A stretch of 64,000 bases of DNA from Candidatus Latescibacterota bacterium (GCA_965197905.1 CBDAOB010000004.1:928001-992000), one strand, 5' to 3'. Counted from the first letter of the stretch, positions 42,198 through 53,624 are shown. Numbers and translations are program-made. The notes: a model not told the origin generated them from the sequence alone.

Positions 42198-43685
42198 ATG
42201 AAATATCTCTTCATCGATGACCATCACATAGAAGATACAGACAATCTGGCGCGGGTTTTACACCAACCCCGGAAATTCGGGGCCGTCCTGCGGCCGGAGC
42301 ATGGTTGGGAGAATATCGGCACCTGGATGAGGTCGGCGCCCATGTGGGATCCGACCGAGAAGGTCTACAAGCTGGTGTATCAGGCTATGTCCGAACCGGT
42401 GGGCTTGTCTGCGTCTGATCTCCTGATGGAATCCGCTTCTGCGCCAAAGAGATGGCAGAGCCACTACTGCTACGCCGTATCCACCAATGGGGTAGACTGG
42501 GAGAAGCCGTTCTTAGATCTGCATGAATACGACGGAGTGTCATGGGATGGGAAGCCGATTTCGGGTAAGAACAATATCATTCCCGGCGGATCAGACGGGG
42601 TTCGCGATCCCAACGACCCGGATCCCACCCGCAGGTACAAAGGCCAGCAACATTCGGATGACACCCGCTCGAAGAAGAAAAAGTTTGCCGTGTCTCCAGA
42701 CCTCTTCAACTGGACCTGGCTCGACGTGCCGTCCATTCCAAAGGGTGGGCACTCGACCCTGGTGTACGATGAGGAAAAGAAACTTTTCATAATCACCGTG
42801 AAGCGCAGGGGCCCTTACGGAAGGTCGGTCTGTCTTACGACGAGCACGGACTTCGTGAATTGGTCCGAAGCCGAGTTGATCTTTCATGCGGATCAGGTGG
42901 ACCAGGAGAACGGGAGGGAGAGGTTGGCGAGGTTCTTTGATGATTCCAACCACCTTCCCCCCGTATCGAACAGGACCGAGGAGTACAAGACCGATATCTA
43001 CCAGCTTTCCGTATTCCCGTACGAGAGCATTTATATAGGAATGCCGACAATGTTCCATCACTCGGGGAAAGAGCCACCCTTATATGAAAACGTGGATGGC
43101 CGTAAGACAGTCGAACTGGTCTGCAGCAGAAACCTGCACGACTGGGAAAGGGTAGCCGGCAGGAAACCCTTTATGGAACTGTCTCCGATCGGGGACGGCA
43201 GCGCCTATGATACAGGGCAGTTGCGGCCGGCGAACCGTCCTCTAGTCCGCAACAACGAGATTTGGTTTTACTACGGGGCTGCCAAACACCGCGGTATCAC
43301 GCAGGCTTCTGCGTTAGCGCGCGAGTACCTCGACTGAAGTGCGATCTGCATGGCGAAACTGCGGCTGGACGGGTTCTGCTCGCTGAAGGGTGGGATCGAA
43401 CCCGGAAGCGTCTTGACCGCCCCCGTCGAAGTGAGTCAAAACGAACTGCACATCAACGTGGATTCCTGGCGCGGACGCGTCAGGGCCGAAGTGCTCGATG
43501 CCTCCGACGGTCGGCCTGTACCGAGCTATTCGATGGAAGAGAGCATGCCGGTCGTGGCTGATCAGGTCGATGAGTCGATGCGCTGGAAACACAAGAGCGA
43601 TCTGTCCCAACTCGTGGGAAAGGTGGTCCGGATCCGTTTCTCGCTTTTGAGAGCGGAGCTGTATGCATTCTGGTTTGGCGGTTAA
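42198..43685 (+). pseudogene. GH-like beta-propeller gene with in-frame TGA at 43335-43337
   Basis: YLD*SAICMAKLRLDGF aligns to RPDRSAICLAVLRRDGF of 12354..13904; both ORFs share a frame. Confidence 0.8.
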
Positions 43686-43723
43686 GCGCGATCTGCGCGC
43701 CATGAAAAAAAGGAGTTTAGAAC

Positions 43724-44611
43724 ATGCTGGAGATGACCGAACGCGAGAAATTCCTCTTCGATCTGGAAGGGTATCTCATCGTTAAGGACTTTCTCACTCC
43801 CGACGAGGTCAAGGCTTTGAACGAAGCGGTGGACGCCAACGTCGTGCCAATGGAGGAGTACGAGTGGACGGGCCCCAATCGGTACGCCGGCGGCATGGAT
43901 GGGGAGTACGAAGTTCGCCATGCAACCGGAATGGTTACCTGGGACCAACCATGGTGTCAGCCGTTTCGCGATCTCATCGCCCATGCGAAGCTGATCCCAT
44001 ATGCAAACTCGCTCTTCGGCCGCGGCTGGAGGCTAGATTCGGAGCCTTTCATCATAATGGCTCGCAAGGGATGCGGTGGACATGGCCTCCACGGCTACAC
44101 CAGTCGCCACCACGACGGAGCCCAGTGCTACGCTTTTGCCAACGGCCAGTTCCGAACTGGATTGACGCAATTCCAATTCCAACTGCGGGATATCGAGGAG
44201 GGCAGTGGAGGAGTGACAGTCATGCCCGGCAGCCACAAGGCAAACTTCAAATGCCCGGAGGGTATCATGCTCTACAACACCGACCGGGAAGTCGTGCGCA
44301 ATGTAGGGTGCAAGGCCGGAGACCTAGTTATCTTCATGGAGGCCACGATTCACGGATCCCTGCCCTGGAAAGCGGATTACGAACGTCGGTCGCTCATCTA
44401 CCGATACAGTCCCAAATTCTGCAACTTCTCCCCGGGTATCTACGAGACGGAAATGCCCGAATGGTTCGACGAACTCACCGAGGTTCAGAAAGCGGTTCTG
44501 GAATCACCTTATGTCCATAGCAGACCCTTGATCGAAGACGACGTTGAAACACTGGTCCGTCCCAGTGCGGAGCCCAAGAATCACATTCCCCCCAAGCGCC
44601 ACGAATTCTAG
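43724..44611 (+). CDS. PhyH family dioxygenase-like protein (LHG variant)
   Basis: EKFLFDLEGYL, GLHG, MPGSHKAN, AGDLVIF.EA..HG, RRSL.YRY. Confidence 0.85.
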   Translation: MLEMTEREKFLFDLEGYLIVKDFLTPDEVKALNEAVDANVVPMEEYEWTGPNRYAGGMDGEYEVRHATGMVTWDQPWCQPFRDLIAHAKLIPYANSLFGRGWRLDSEPFIIMARKGCGGHGLHGYTSRHHDGAQCYAFANGQFRTGLTQFQFQLRDIEEGSGGVTVMPGSHKANFKCPEGIMLYNTDREVVRNVGCKAGDLVIFMEATIHGSLPWKADYERRSLIYRYSPKFCNFSPGIYETEMPEWFDELTEVQKAVLESPYVHSRPLIEDDVETLVRPSAEPKNHIPPKRHEF

Positions 44612-44694
44612 GTCAATAGCGGTCCACCACATGACAGTCGCGCCATCCATCACGACCCGTTGTTCCTGTCCTACATCCTGGACGCAGGGTGTCT

Positions 44695-45669
44695 TCAGTA
44701 TCCGGCCCGCTTGTCGCAAACGTATAGAAACGGCTCGCCGGCGAGGTACCGCCGCAGATTCTCCTTAAAGACCTCCCGCCGTCCGATATAGAGGCTCGGC
44801 GTGAGCGCCGACGCATGCGGCGTCAGGACAATGTTGGGGGTGTCCCACAACGGACTGTCGGGCGCGGGCGGCTCAGGATCGGTGGCGTCGAGGCCGGCTC
44901 CTGCGAGTTTTCCGGAGCGAACGGCCTCGGCCAACGCCTGCTCGTCGACGATGCCGCCGCGGGAGATGACGATCAGATGGGCGCTAGGTTTCATGATACC
45001 GATCCGTCGCCGGTCGATCATGTTCCGCGTCTCCGAGGTGACCGGAGCGGTGATCACGAACCAGTCCGACATCGCCAGGAGCTCGTCGAGCCGCTTGAGG
45101 CCCCAGACCTCCTTGGCGTACGGCGAGGAACGTGGGAACTTGTCAACGGCATACACCTCCATGTCGAAGCCCTGCGCCCGCTTGGCGACTCGTTCTCCGA
45201 TGTTGCCGAAGGCGAGGATACCCAGGGTCTGGCCTTCGAGGTCGATCTGACGCCAGGCGTAGTCGAGGCTCCGCCACTCCCTTCGCTGCTGGTCGTCGAC
45301 CATCTCATGGAGTCTCTGCCCGAGGGTGGTGATGAAGCCGAACACGTGGGTGGCCATCGGACTGACATGTGGCTCACGGGCGTTGGTTATCGGGATGTTG
45401 CTCTCGACCGCCTCCGGGATGGCAAGGACCCTGTCAATGCCGGTGCCCGGACAGTGAATCCATTTGAGGTTGGAGGCTGCCAGGTAGACGTCGCGGCTCG
45501 GCCAGCCGCAGTACACCTCGGCCTCCGGCACGGCGGCCATCTTCTCTTCTTCGGTTTCGCACCAGACGAAATCGACATCCGGAAAGGTCGCTTCCAGATC
45601 CAGGATGACGGCGTCGTCGGGCTCGTCGGGCCCAATGCCTCCAGCCATACGGGTTACTACGACTTTCAT
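44695..45669 (-). CDS. D-2-hydroxyacid dehydrogenase family
   Basis: GILAFGNIG, ISRGGIVDE, LDATDPEP, LTPH. Confidence 0.9.
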   Translation of the reverse strand: MKVVVTRMAGGIGPDEPDDAVILDLEATFPDVDFVWCETEEEKMAAVPEAEVYCGWPSRDVYLAASNLKWIHCPGTGIDRVLAIPEAVESNIPITNAREPHVSPMATHVFGFITTLGQRLHEMVDDQQRREWRSLDYAWRQIDLEGQTLGILAFGNIGERVAKRAQGFDMEVYAVDKFPRSSPYAKEVWGLKRLDELLAMSDWFVITAPVTSETRNMIDRRRIGIMKPSAHLIVISRGGIVDEQALAEAVRSGKLAGAGLDATDPEPPAPDSPLWDTPNIVLTPHASALTPSLYIGRREVFKENLRRYLAGEPFLYVCDKRAGY

Positions 45670-46110
45670 ACGTGTTCCTTCTATGAAGTTTTCGCCAATT
45701 TCGTCGCCAGCAATCGCCACCCGTTCCATGGCGCGAATTGAGGCATAGAGAGGTCGACAATCGCTTGCCCACCGGGGGGACGAGTTCACCCATAGAGGTC
45801 GAGGCGCCAGAGGCGATAGAGATCAGTGCTGCCCGCCGAAGCTCCGGGGAGTTTCCACCTGGTGAACTATCCCACGCCCTTGCTGCCCTGGCACATCGAC
45901 GAGAATCGGAGGGCCGGCCAGGACATGACGAGCTTTTTCGCTCTCCATGAAGTGAACCCGATTTACAAGATCTCCATCCGTTTCAACGACTTCAAGGTGA
46001 AGTGGACGGCTGCCATTGCAGGACAGTTCTCTGGAAGTGACTGGAGAGCCAGCAACCGTTGTAGTCCCGCAGGTGGAGCTTCACGAGGTGCTTCTCGTGG
46101 AGGTTTCAGA

Positions 46111-48522
46111 ATGAAAGAAAGATCGACGGAATTTCACGTCGCCGCGGGCACGTCTCTCACTTCGCCCGAAAAGGACCTTTACGGTACCGTTACTCAGAGC
46201 GGTCCGATCATACTGACTCGATCCAAATCCTGACTGCTGGGGGCCGGTATGGAGACGAACAACCCAGATGCAATCCTCCTGACTCCGAACGCGGATGCGT
46301 ATATCAGTGAGTTCAGCCTCACGCGAACTAGCTTGGATCTCAGTGTCGCCACATGGGTCGATCGCATAGAGGAAGATGCAACCCTCTGCTGGCGCACGAT
46401 CGGACCGGATGACATCGGTCCAACTCATAAATTTAAACCTGTCCGTTCTGCTCCCGGTTCCCCCAAGGTTGTCGGCAATCAGATGTTCTGGCTCGAACTT
46501 CACGAAATGAGGGGCCAGCTGCTGTTCAGAGATCTGGACTTGGAAACAGGAGAGGCGAGTCCCGTATCAGAAGTAGGTGCCCTCTCTGGGCAGAACTGCG
46601 GTGAGTTTACGGCCATAGTTGATCCGTCCGGCACCTCCTGGCTGCTTTGTGAGATATGGTGTGATCGGTTTGTGGAACTTCAACTGTTGAAGAATCGCGG
46701 CGGTGAATGGGAACTTGAACGAGTAATCGAGGGTGCCGAGAAGTTCTGTGCCCGTCCGCAATTGGCTGTCGATGGGGACAGACTTGCCTTGAGCTGGGAT
46801 GAATACCGTGACAACGCATACAGGGTCTCGACTCTCATCGTGTCGGCAGAAGGTGACTCCCTGCGATCCCTGCCCGCACCTGCTGGACATTCTGAAAGCC
46901 TTTCGGCGCTCGCCTTCTCCCGGGACAATGCATTATACGCGGCACGATGCCAAGAGAAGTTCGTAGATATCGGAGACGGGATCGCTAATTACCATTCCAA
47001 CCTGGTTGTTGCCAGACTCGATACGGAATCAGGAGACTGGGAGGACTTGGCCTCGGTAGATATCGATCACGCAATGAATCCGTGGATGGCCGCATACTGT
47101 GGTCTGCGACGGTTTCCAAGTCTCGCTGGTTCTGAACAGGGGTGCTGGCTTCTCTGGGAAGAGAAGGAAGATGTAAAAGAGATGAACCCTCCCTGGGGGC
47201 GGCTGTGCGCGATGCCAGTAGATCAACCTTCTGCGGACTCCGCCTCTCGGGTGATACTGGACAAGGAATCATTGCTCGTGATCGAGAGCGGTGCGCAGGG
47301 AGATCAATTCCTGGTGGCAGACCGGACCCGGCGACGGGCCTGGCAAAATCGGATCCCTTATTCCCTGCATCAGGTGGACCTCTCCAAAACTTTTGAGCTT
47401 CGACCTGCTGATCTTGAGAGCAATAAGTCGTGTATCGAATTCTCTTTCAGAAGTCCGGCTGAGACCGAACGGCCAAGAATGGAAAACGGACACCGACTGT
47501 TCTTTGGTGACCCGCATATTCACTCAAGATGGTCCCAAGATCTCGAAGGGGAACAGGATGAGCTGTATCATCTCGCCAGGGACATAGCCGAGATCGATTT
47601 CATTGCGTTTACGGAAAATGATATCCACTGGTATGCGGCAGAAACTTTCTCGGAAGCACAGTGGCAGCGGAACCGCAGGAACGCTGAATTCTTTAATCGA
47701 CCGGGCAAGTTTACCGCTATCCTTGGCTGGGAGTACACCAAGTGCGGGAACCCGGAGACAGGGGATAAACACACCTCCCACCGATGTGTCCTGCTTCCCG
47801 GCGATGACGGTCAGATTCATTGCTGGTATGAGGGAGATGTACCAAATCCTCCGGACCTGGCCAGGAAGCTGCACGGGGAGAAGATCCTGCTTCATCATCA
47901 CCACCCGAATGGATATGACATCACCGATGATACTCTGGAACGAAACATCGAAATCTGCAGCGGCTGGTGGAACTGTATGGACCGGCCCGAGTTCGCAGAC
48001 AAACTCCATGAACTTCTTGACCAGGGGTTTCAGCTGGGGTTCTTTGGCGGCAGTGATAATCATGAACGGACGCCCGGCATCGGAGGCGCGTTGACCGGTG
48101 TCTGGGCGGAAGAGAACACCCGGGAAGCAATCTTCGACGCGTTTTGGAACCGGAGAGTTTTTGCCACGACAGGGCTGAGGCCAGATTTACGATTCAAGGT
48201 ATCTGGCTGCTTCATGGGAGGCAGGACAGAGACAGATCAATCCCCATCGGTGGAGCTGAACGTCAGATGTGACGTGCCGCTCCGGGAAGCAAGAATCGTG
48301 CGAGACGGGTCAGTCATTCAGACCTTGGATGTCGACGAGCTCCGGCTGGATTGGAAGTGGGGAGACGAGGATTGTTAGCCCGGCAGTCATTACTATTACG
48401 CTCATGTCCTGTTTGAAGGCAGCGAATCGAACCCATATTGGAACGTTGCCAGCGTATACGGCGTCAACGCTTGGTCCAGCCCGGTATGGGTGGAACGTAA
48501 TGCGCAATTGGGTATTGCGTGA
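46111..48522 (+). pseudogene. Propeller + PHP/DUF3604-like metallohydrolase with in-frame TGA (46231) and TAG (48376)
   Basis: GGAGG RBS at ATG 46111 in frame with 46249; FGDPHIHS, GWEY, GGSDNH, RRVFATTG; after TAG continues PGSHYYY...AWSSPVWV. Confidence 0.75.
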
Positions 48523-48572
48523 TTACGTAATACTTGGCCCTTTAGTGCGCTACCCTTTGCCGACACAGCCCC

Positions 48573-48619
48573 CAAATGCCCCGAAAAACGCCCGCACCAG
48601 AGCGACACGGACCCTCGGC
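48573..48619 (+). repeat. Internal fragment of subfamily A element lacking the terminus
   Basis: CAAATGCCCCGAAAAACGCCCGCACCAGAGCGACACGGACCCTCGGC matches 32352-32397 and 35414-35458. Confidence 0.75.
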
Positions 48620-48707
48620 ATAGGGGGCTCTCGGACATCCCGTCGTTTTGCGACAGAGCGGAGTCGGTCCGGTCAGGCCGAAGACTGCCATGCACCGGCG
48701 TCGGCGA

Positions 48708-48736
48708 TTGACAGTCATAGCACGACTGGTTAACGT
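48708..48736 (+). promoter_or_regulatory. Putative sigma70 promoter
   Basis: TTGACA-N17-TAACGT upstream of AGGAGG RBS. Confidence 0.55.
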
Positions 48737-48784
48737 GCCTTTGCGCGAGCGACCGTCTTGGCAGGTTTAAAAAAGGAGGCTCTC

Positions 48785-49474
48785 TTGAATCGCGATTTTA
48801 CGATGTTTTCGATTCTCATTGGACTTTGCGCTCTAGTTGCCGTTCCGGCCACCGCACACGGGGACGAACACGAAGCTATGAGCACTACGCTCGCGGTTAT
48901 GGATCAGCGCATTGAGGAGTCAGTGGGTCAGTGGGGTCGTGGGTATCAACTCTACGTGCTGTGGCCGGATTCGAAAAAGGGTGCCAGCGCTAAAAAGTTG
49001 CCCAAGCCAGAAGGGTGGCTAAAAGCCGCAAACGGCAGTCTGAAACAGAAAGTCAAGCTGACTGGAAAAACGGTGCATACTGCTCGGCTTAGCCTTGGGT
49101 TCCTCCTTCTCACCAAGACCAAGAAGGATGCGGTCAAAGGAGACAAGGATACCATCCGCAGATACGCCGTTTTGGAACATGACCCGATCTTTACGCCTGG
49201 AGATCCGCAGGTGGCGACTTGGCTGGAAAGGGTTGGTGCGGAGTACGAGGACAAGTACACGTTTTACGTACTCTACCCGCGAGCGCTGCCAGTTCCCCCT
49301 GGTTGGCGGGACGCGTATTATGTGGGTGGAAGTCTGATCCCGGCCAATCTGTATGAAGACCTCGCGAATATGGATGGCAAAGGCGCATTGACTTTCAAGG
49401 GTCACTCCAAGAAGAAGTGGAAGCGGAAATATTTGATTATTGAAGCTGAGGAACAGACTGAATCGAGCGAGTAA
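48785..49474 (+). CDS. Hypothetical secreted protein with internal duplication
   Basis: TTG start after AGGAGG, signal peptide ending ATA-H, two YxxYVLxP..LPxPxGW units. Confidence 0.75.
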   Translation: MNRDFTMFSILIGLCALVAVPATAHGDEHEAMSTTLAVMDQRIEESVGQWGRGYQLYVLWPDSKKGASAKKLPKPEGWLKAANGSLKQKVKLTGKTVHTARLSLGFLLLTKTKKDAVKGDKDTIRRYAVLEHDPIFTPGDPQVATWLERVGAEYEDKYTFYVLYPRALPVPPGWRDAYYVGGSLIPANLYEDLANMDGKGALTFKGHSKKKWKRKYLIIEAEEQTESSE

Positions 49475-49496
49475 ACACCTTTTGCGCACGACTTGT

Positions 49497-49531
49497 AAAA
49501 CCGGCTCGGTGAGCAATCGGCCGGTTTTTTT
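49497..49531 (+). terminator. Rho-independent terminator
   Basis: AAAACCGGC...GCCGGTTTTTTT hairpin plus U-tract, 22 bp after the stop. Confidence 0.75.
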
Positions 49532-49614
49532 CGTGCGCTCAGATTGTCGTATGTCACCGAATACGTAGAACACGCGCGCTGAGTCTACAGGGACACCGAT
49601 CGCGCTCGATTGCG

Positions 49615-49656
49615 CGCTATTGTATGTGAGACAGTCGCTATTGTATGTGAGACAGT
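49615..49656 (+). repeat. Perfect 21-bp tandem duplication
   Basis: CGCTATTGTATGTGAGACAGT x2, ending 1 nt before ATG 49658. Confidence 0.95.
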
Positions 49657-49657
49657 A

Positions 49658-50670
49658 ATGGAATTCGACCTCCGTAATTCTCAACTATTCCTTGATGATG
49701 CTATAATCGAACAATCGGTTCGGTTGCAGCGGGTGATGCATCAGCCCCACAAGTATTTCGACAATCCCGTATATACCGTTGGGGCTCCATGGGAAGGCAA
49801 TGGGATCGTTTATCTTGGCGGCGTGTATATCGATCCGGCCGATGGGCTATGGAAAGCGTGGTACGTAACGCTCTCGCCGCCGGAATATCCGGAAATACAG
49901 TTCGCCATTTGTATGATCGTGTCCGACGATGGCATCCACTGGCGTCGGCCCGAACTGGACGTGTATCGCGGTCGTAACGGCGAGATGACGAATATCGTCC
50001 TGGACCTCGGCCCGGCAGGGCGCACAACAGCGCCGACCATCCTTCACGAGCCGGACGCTGACGAGCCGTGGACCATGTTTATCAGCCTGTGCTGGCCGCC
50101 CGACAGCAAACACTACCTGGGGTATTTCCTGAAATCTCCTGATGGCGTCCACTGGCGCTGGGTTCAGGAGCGCCCAAACGGATTCGAACACGGACTCCAC
50201 GACCGTACAACGGCAACCTTCAGCGGCAATCCCGACTACCCCTATCTCCTCATCGGACGGGGCAAAGAGGATATCGCACGCTGGAACCTACCGCGAACCG
50301 CCCACAGACTCGCGTGCAGCCTTACGGAGGCCGAACCTGGCGAGCCGACGAGGGTGCTCGTTCCGGACCTTGAAGACGATCCGGCGGGCTACCTATCGAG
50401 TGGCCGGGAGGCGAACTGAGTATCAACGCGGCGGTTCTCGGCGGCAGCGGCGCGGGTGAGCTCCGCTGTGAGGTATTGACGGAAGCGCTCGATCCGATAT
50501 CGGGTCTGTCCCTCGCGGACGCCGATCCTGTAACGAGTGATAGTACGGCTCTACGGCAGACGTGGAACGGCGACGCGAAGAAGATCGACTCGTTGCGAGG
50601 GCAGCAGATCCGACTGCGCTTCCACCTGGACAATATGGACCTGTTCAGCTTCAAAGCGGATTCATCATAG
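49658..50670 (+). pseudogene. GH-like beta-propeller gene with internal deletion near 50390
   Basis: QLFLDD...PDLEDDP joined out of frame to PIEWPGGELSINA...IRLRFHLDNMDLFSF; much shorter than its paralogs. Confidence 0.75.
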
Positions 50671-50711
50671 ATACATTCGGGTTGGGGAATTCTGGTAAGA
50701 GGAGTAGCCGA

Positions 50712-52319
50712 GTGGAGAAAGAGAGGAACGCTGCACGCTGGCGGAAACGACGCCTAATCTACAATAATGATGGAAGTGATGTGTACGAGGCGAAAGGTCG
50801 GCATGACGCCAAGATGCAATTCACCTCGCGCAGCGGCGGCCAGTTGAAGGATGACTTTCTGAACGCGCGCAGCACGCGACTGGTTGGAACGCAGGTAGAC
50901 AGCATCTGCTATTGCAGTTGCCTGGGTGGCGTAATGTTCTCACACCACACAAAATTGGGTGGATTCCTCAGAAAAGAGCTTCCACAGGAACTCGTGGACA
51001 AGTACGGGTGCGACAATCTCCAGATCCAGCTTGACTTCTGTCGCGCACGCGATATGGAGGCGTTGTGGTCCATGCGCATGAACGATACTCACGATGCCTA
51101 TCCTGTGGGCCCGTGGCGATACGGTCTGGCCCCCTTCAAGCGGGAGCATCCCGAATACATGATGGGCGAGCCGGATGACTGGGAGAGATATCCAGAGGGA
51201 CCAAGACACGAGTGGTCTTCTCTTGATTTCAACTTTCCAGAGGTCCGGGAGCACGTGTTCTCGTTGATTCGGGAAGTATGCCAGGGATACGCGGTTGACG
51301 GCGTGGAGCTGGACTTTCTCCGGCACCCCAAGTACTTCGCACCCACGGTAGATGGACTTCCAGCCGAGGAGCAGCACCTGGAGATGATGACCGACCTGTT
51401 GCGGCGCATACGGGGTATGGCCGGGGAAGTGGGCCGGCAAAGAGGGCTTCCGCTGCTGCTGGCAGCGCGCACGCCGTTTTCTGTCGAGGATTCGAGATTT
51501 GTCGGACTGGATGTCGAAAAGTGGCTACAGGAAGATCTCATCGACATTCTGATCGCTGGCGGTCTTCACGAGTCGACAATGACGGAGTCGTTCCAAGAGA
51601 TCGTCGACTTGGGGCACCGTTACGATGTGCCGGTGTATCCCGCTATCAGCTGGGGTTTCTGGCAGTGGTGGGCCTTCCTCGACCTGGGAGCCGGAAAACA
51701 CAGGACACTCGAATCCTGGCACAAAGACCTGCGCCAGGAGAACACGCCCAGTTTCGTGGCGCTCAGTTCGTGGGAAGGAACAATGGCGGCCTGGCGCGGC
51801 GCAGCGATGAATCTGTGGAATGCCACTCCAGACGGGATCTATATCTTCAATGGTTTTCACGCAACGAACATCGACATATTTCGGGAACTCGGAGATCCCG
51901 AAACGATGGCAAACAAGGACAAGATATTCGGCGTGGACCGGTTCGAGGGAGACTCTAGTTTCAAAAAAGCGCGCGAAACGGAGCTGGAGCCGGGAGAACC
52001 CCTGAGCACCCACTTCCAGGTGGGCGAGGATTGCACTTCGGAAAACATCTCGACGTTGCGATTCCGCCTGCACTTCTGGGACTTAGCTGACAATGACCAC
52101 CTAGCCGTGAAACTCAACCACCAACCCCTTCGTGATCTCAGGCCGGCTGACCCCATCCGGCCGCCTTCAGGGGCGCAATGGCTGGAATGCCAGCTAGATC
52201 CCGCACAGGTAAGGAGGGGAGAGAACAGGGTTGAATTGACGGTGAGGAAGCGAGATGACTCTATGCAGACACCCCTCGTCTTGGACGCGGTGCAACTGCA
52301 TGTTCGCTACGAGTCCTAG
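50712..52319 (+). CDS. Putative glycoside hydrolase-like TIM-barrel protein (GHL10-like)
   Basis: RRLIYNNDG, SMRMNDTHD, LDFNFPEVRE, VDGVELDFLRHP, DGIYIFN. Confidence 0.7.
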   Translation: MEKERNAARWRKRRLIYNNDGSDVYEAKGRHDAKMQFTSRSGGQLKDDFLNARSTRLVGTQVDSICYCSCLGGVMFSHHTKLGGFLRKELPQELVDKYGCDNLQIQLDFCRARDMEALWSMRMNDTHDAYPVGPWRYGLAPFKREHPEYMMGEPDDWERYPEGPRHEWSSLDFNFPEVREHVFSLIREVCQGYAVDGVELDFLRHPKYFAPTVDGLPAEEQHLEMMTDLLRRIRGMAGEVGRQRGLPLLLAARTPFSVEDSRFVGLDVEKWLQEDLIDILIAGGLHESTMTESFQEIVDLGHRYDVPVYPAISWGFWQWWAFLDLGAGKHRTLESWHKDLRQENTPSFVALSSWEGTMAAWRGAAMNLWNATPDGIYIFNGFHATNIDIFRELGDPETMANKDKIFGVDRFEGDSSFKKARETELEPGEPLSTHFQVGEDCTSENISTLRFRLHFWDLADNDHLAVKLNHQPLRDLRPADPIRPPSGAQWLECQLDPAQVRRGENRVELTVRKRDDSMQTPLVLDAVQLHVRYES

Positions 52320-52736
52320 GCAGCCCGTGGTGAAGGGCGCTTTGTTGGGAGGCCTAAAGGGATGAAAGTGCCGGTGACGGCTCGAAAAGAACCGAAAGAC
52401 GCGACACCGAACTATCGATGCCGCGATTTCGTATTCTATTTTCTGCGCTAGCTGGGAGCGCTGACTAGTAAAGTCACCGTGACTTCTCGAGCGCCTCCAG
52501 CGTCTCCTCCGTCTCGCCCTACGCTTCCACGGGCAACGCGATCGGCGGGGTTCTAGTCTTACCACCGCGTTATGCTTGCCGGCCACCTGGATGCGTCGTG
52601 GTCGGCTTCGTCTGGGTCGCGTTTCGAGAGGTGGAGGGCTACGGCGTGAGCATTGCTGAGATCAACGACATCGCCCGCCGCTTGATCTGAGATTATTATC
52701 GCTGTACTGAATAACGTACTGACAAAGGGGTAGGTT

Positions 52737-53621
52737 GTGATCGATCGGCACGTGGAACCGGAAGTTGCAGTCGACATGCCAGCGATTGTCGGCGAAGGCC
52801 CAATCTGGGACGCGGATGAGCAGGTACTCTACTGGGTAGACATTCTGAGTGCGCTCGTATGCATTTACAATCCACAAAGCGGGAAGAATCGCACGATCGA
52901 CGTGGGCCAAGCGGTGGGCACTGTCGTGCCCCGGTCAAGCGGCGGCCTCATGCTGGCCCTGCACAACGGCTTCTCGGCTCTCGACTTGGAAACCGAAAAG
53001 CTAACCCCCATCGCCGATCCGGAGCGGGAGATTTCCGCCAACCGATTCAATGACGGAAAGTGCGATCCGGCTGGCCGCTTCTGGGCTGGTACCATGGAGT
53101 TCGAGGGCAAGCCTGACCAGGGGGCGCTTTACTGTCTCGAACTAGATCATTCCATGTCGCAAAAGTTATCTCCCGTGACCATCTCAAACGGCATCGTCTG
53201 GAGTCACGATGCGCGCACCATGTATTATATCGATTCGGGAAGCAACAATGTCCGGGCGTGGGACTACGACCTAGACACCGGGGATATCAGGAACGAGCGT
53301 GTTGTCATCGACAACAAGGCCGGCGGTGTCTTCGATGGCATGACCATCGACGAAGAGGGCAAGCTGTGGATCGCGGTGCCCTTCGATTCCTCTGTGCGTC
53401 GCTACGATCCCAACAACGGGGCCCTGCTGGAAAGTCTGCGGCTGCCAGTCTCCCTGCCATCGGCATGCGCCTTCGGCGGCCCCGATCTGGATGACCTCTA
53501 CGTCACCTCGATCCGGCCGGGGCAAGGCAAAGAACCGTGGGATCACGAACCCCTCGCCGGTTCCCTGCTGCGCGTGACGATGGACGCTCGTGGTGTGCCC
53601 GCGTTCAAATACGGGGGGTAA
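52737..53621 (+). CDS. SMP-30/gluconolactonase family
   Basis: GEGPIWD, RFNDGKCDPAGRFWAGTM, ISNGI.W, DGMTID.EG.LW, AFGG. Confidence 0.93.
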   Translation: MIDRHVEPEVAVDMPAIVGEGPIWDADEQVLYWVDILSALVCIYNPQSGKNRTIDVGQAVGTVVPRSSGGLMLALHNGFSALDLETEKLTPIADPEREISANRFNDGKCDPAGRFWAGTMEFEGKPDQGALYCLELDHSMSQKLSPVTISNGIVWSHDARTMYYIDSGSNNVRAWDYDLDTGDIRNERVVIDNKAGGVFDGMTIDEEGKLWIAVPFDSSVRRYDPNNGALLESLRLPVSLPSACAFGGPDLDDLYVTSIRPGQGKEPWDHEPLAGSLLRVTMDARGVPAFKYGG

Positions 53622-53624
53622 CAC

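Noticed and set aside
45790..46075. Coding-like stretch (YPTPLLPWHIDENRR...)
   Set aside because: Probably another gene scrap, but no family was recognisable, so it is not annotated.
38259..48378. Alternative genetic code
   Set aside because: TAG and TGA both terminate many intact genes at homologous C-termini in this window.
52330..52560. Possible additional degenerate oriIS (ACTATCGATG...TATTCTATTTT) and transposase-like LERL...RFHG text
   Set aside because: Similarity is too weak to call by eye; needs a profile search built from the other copies.
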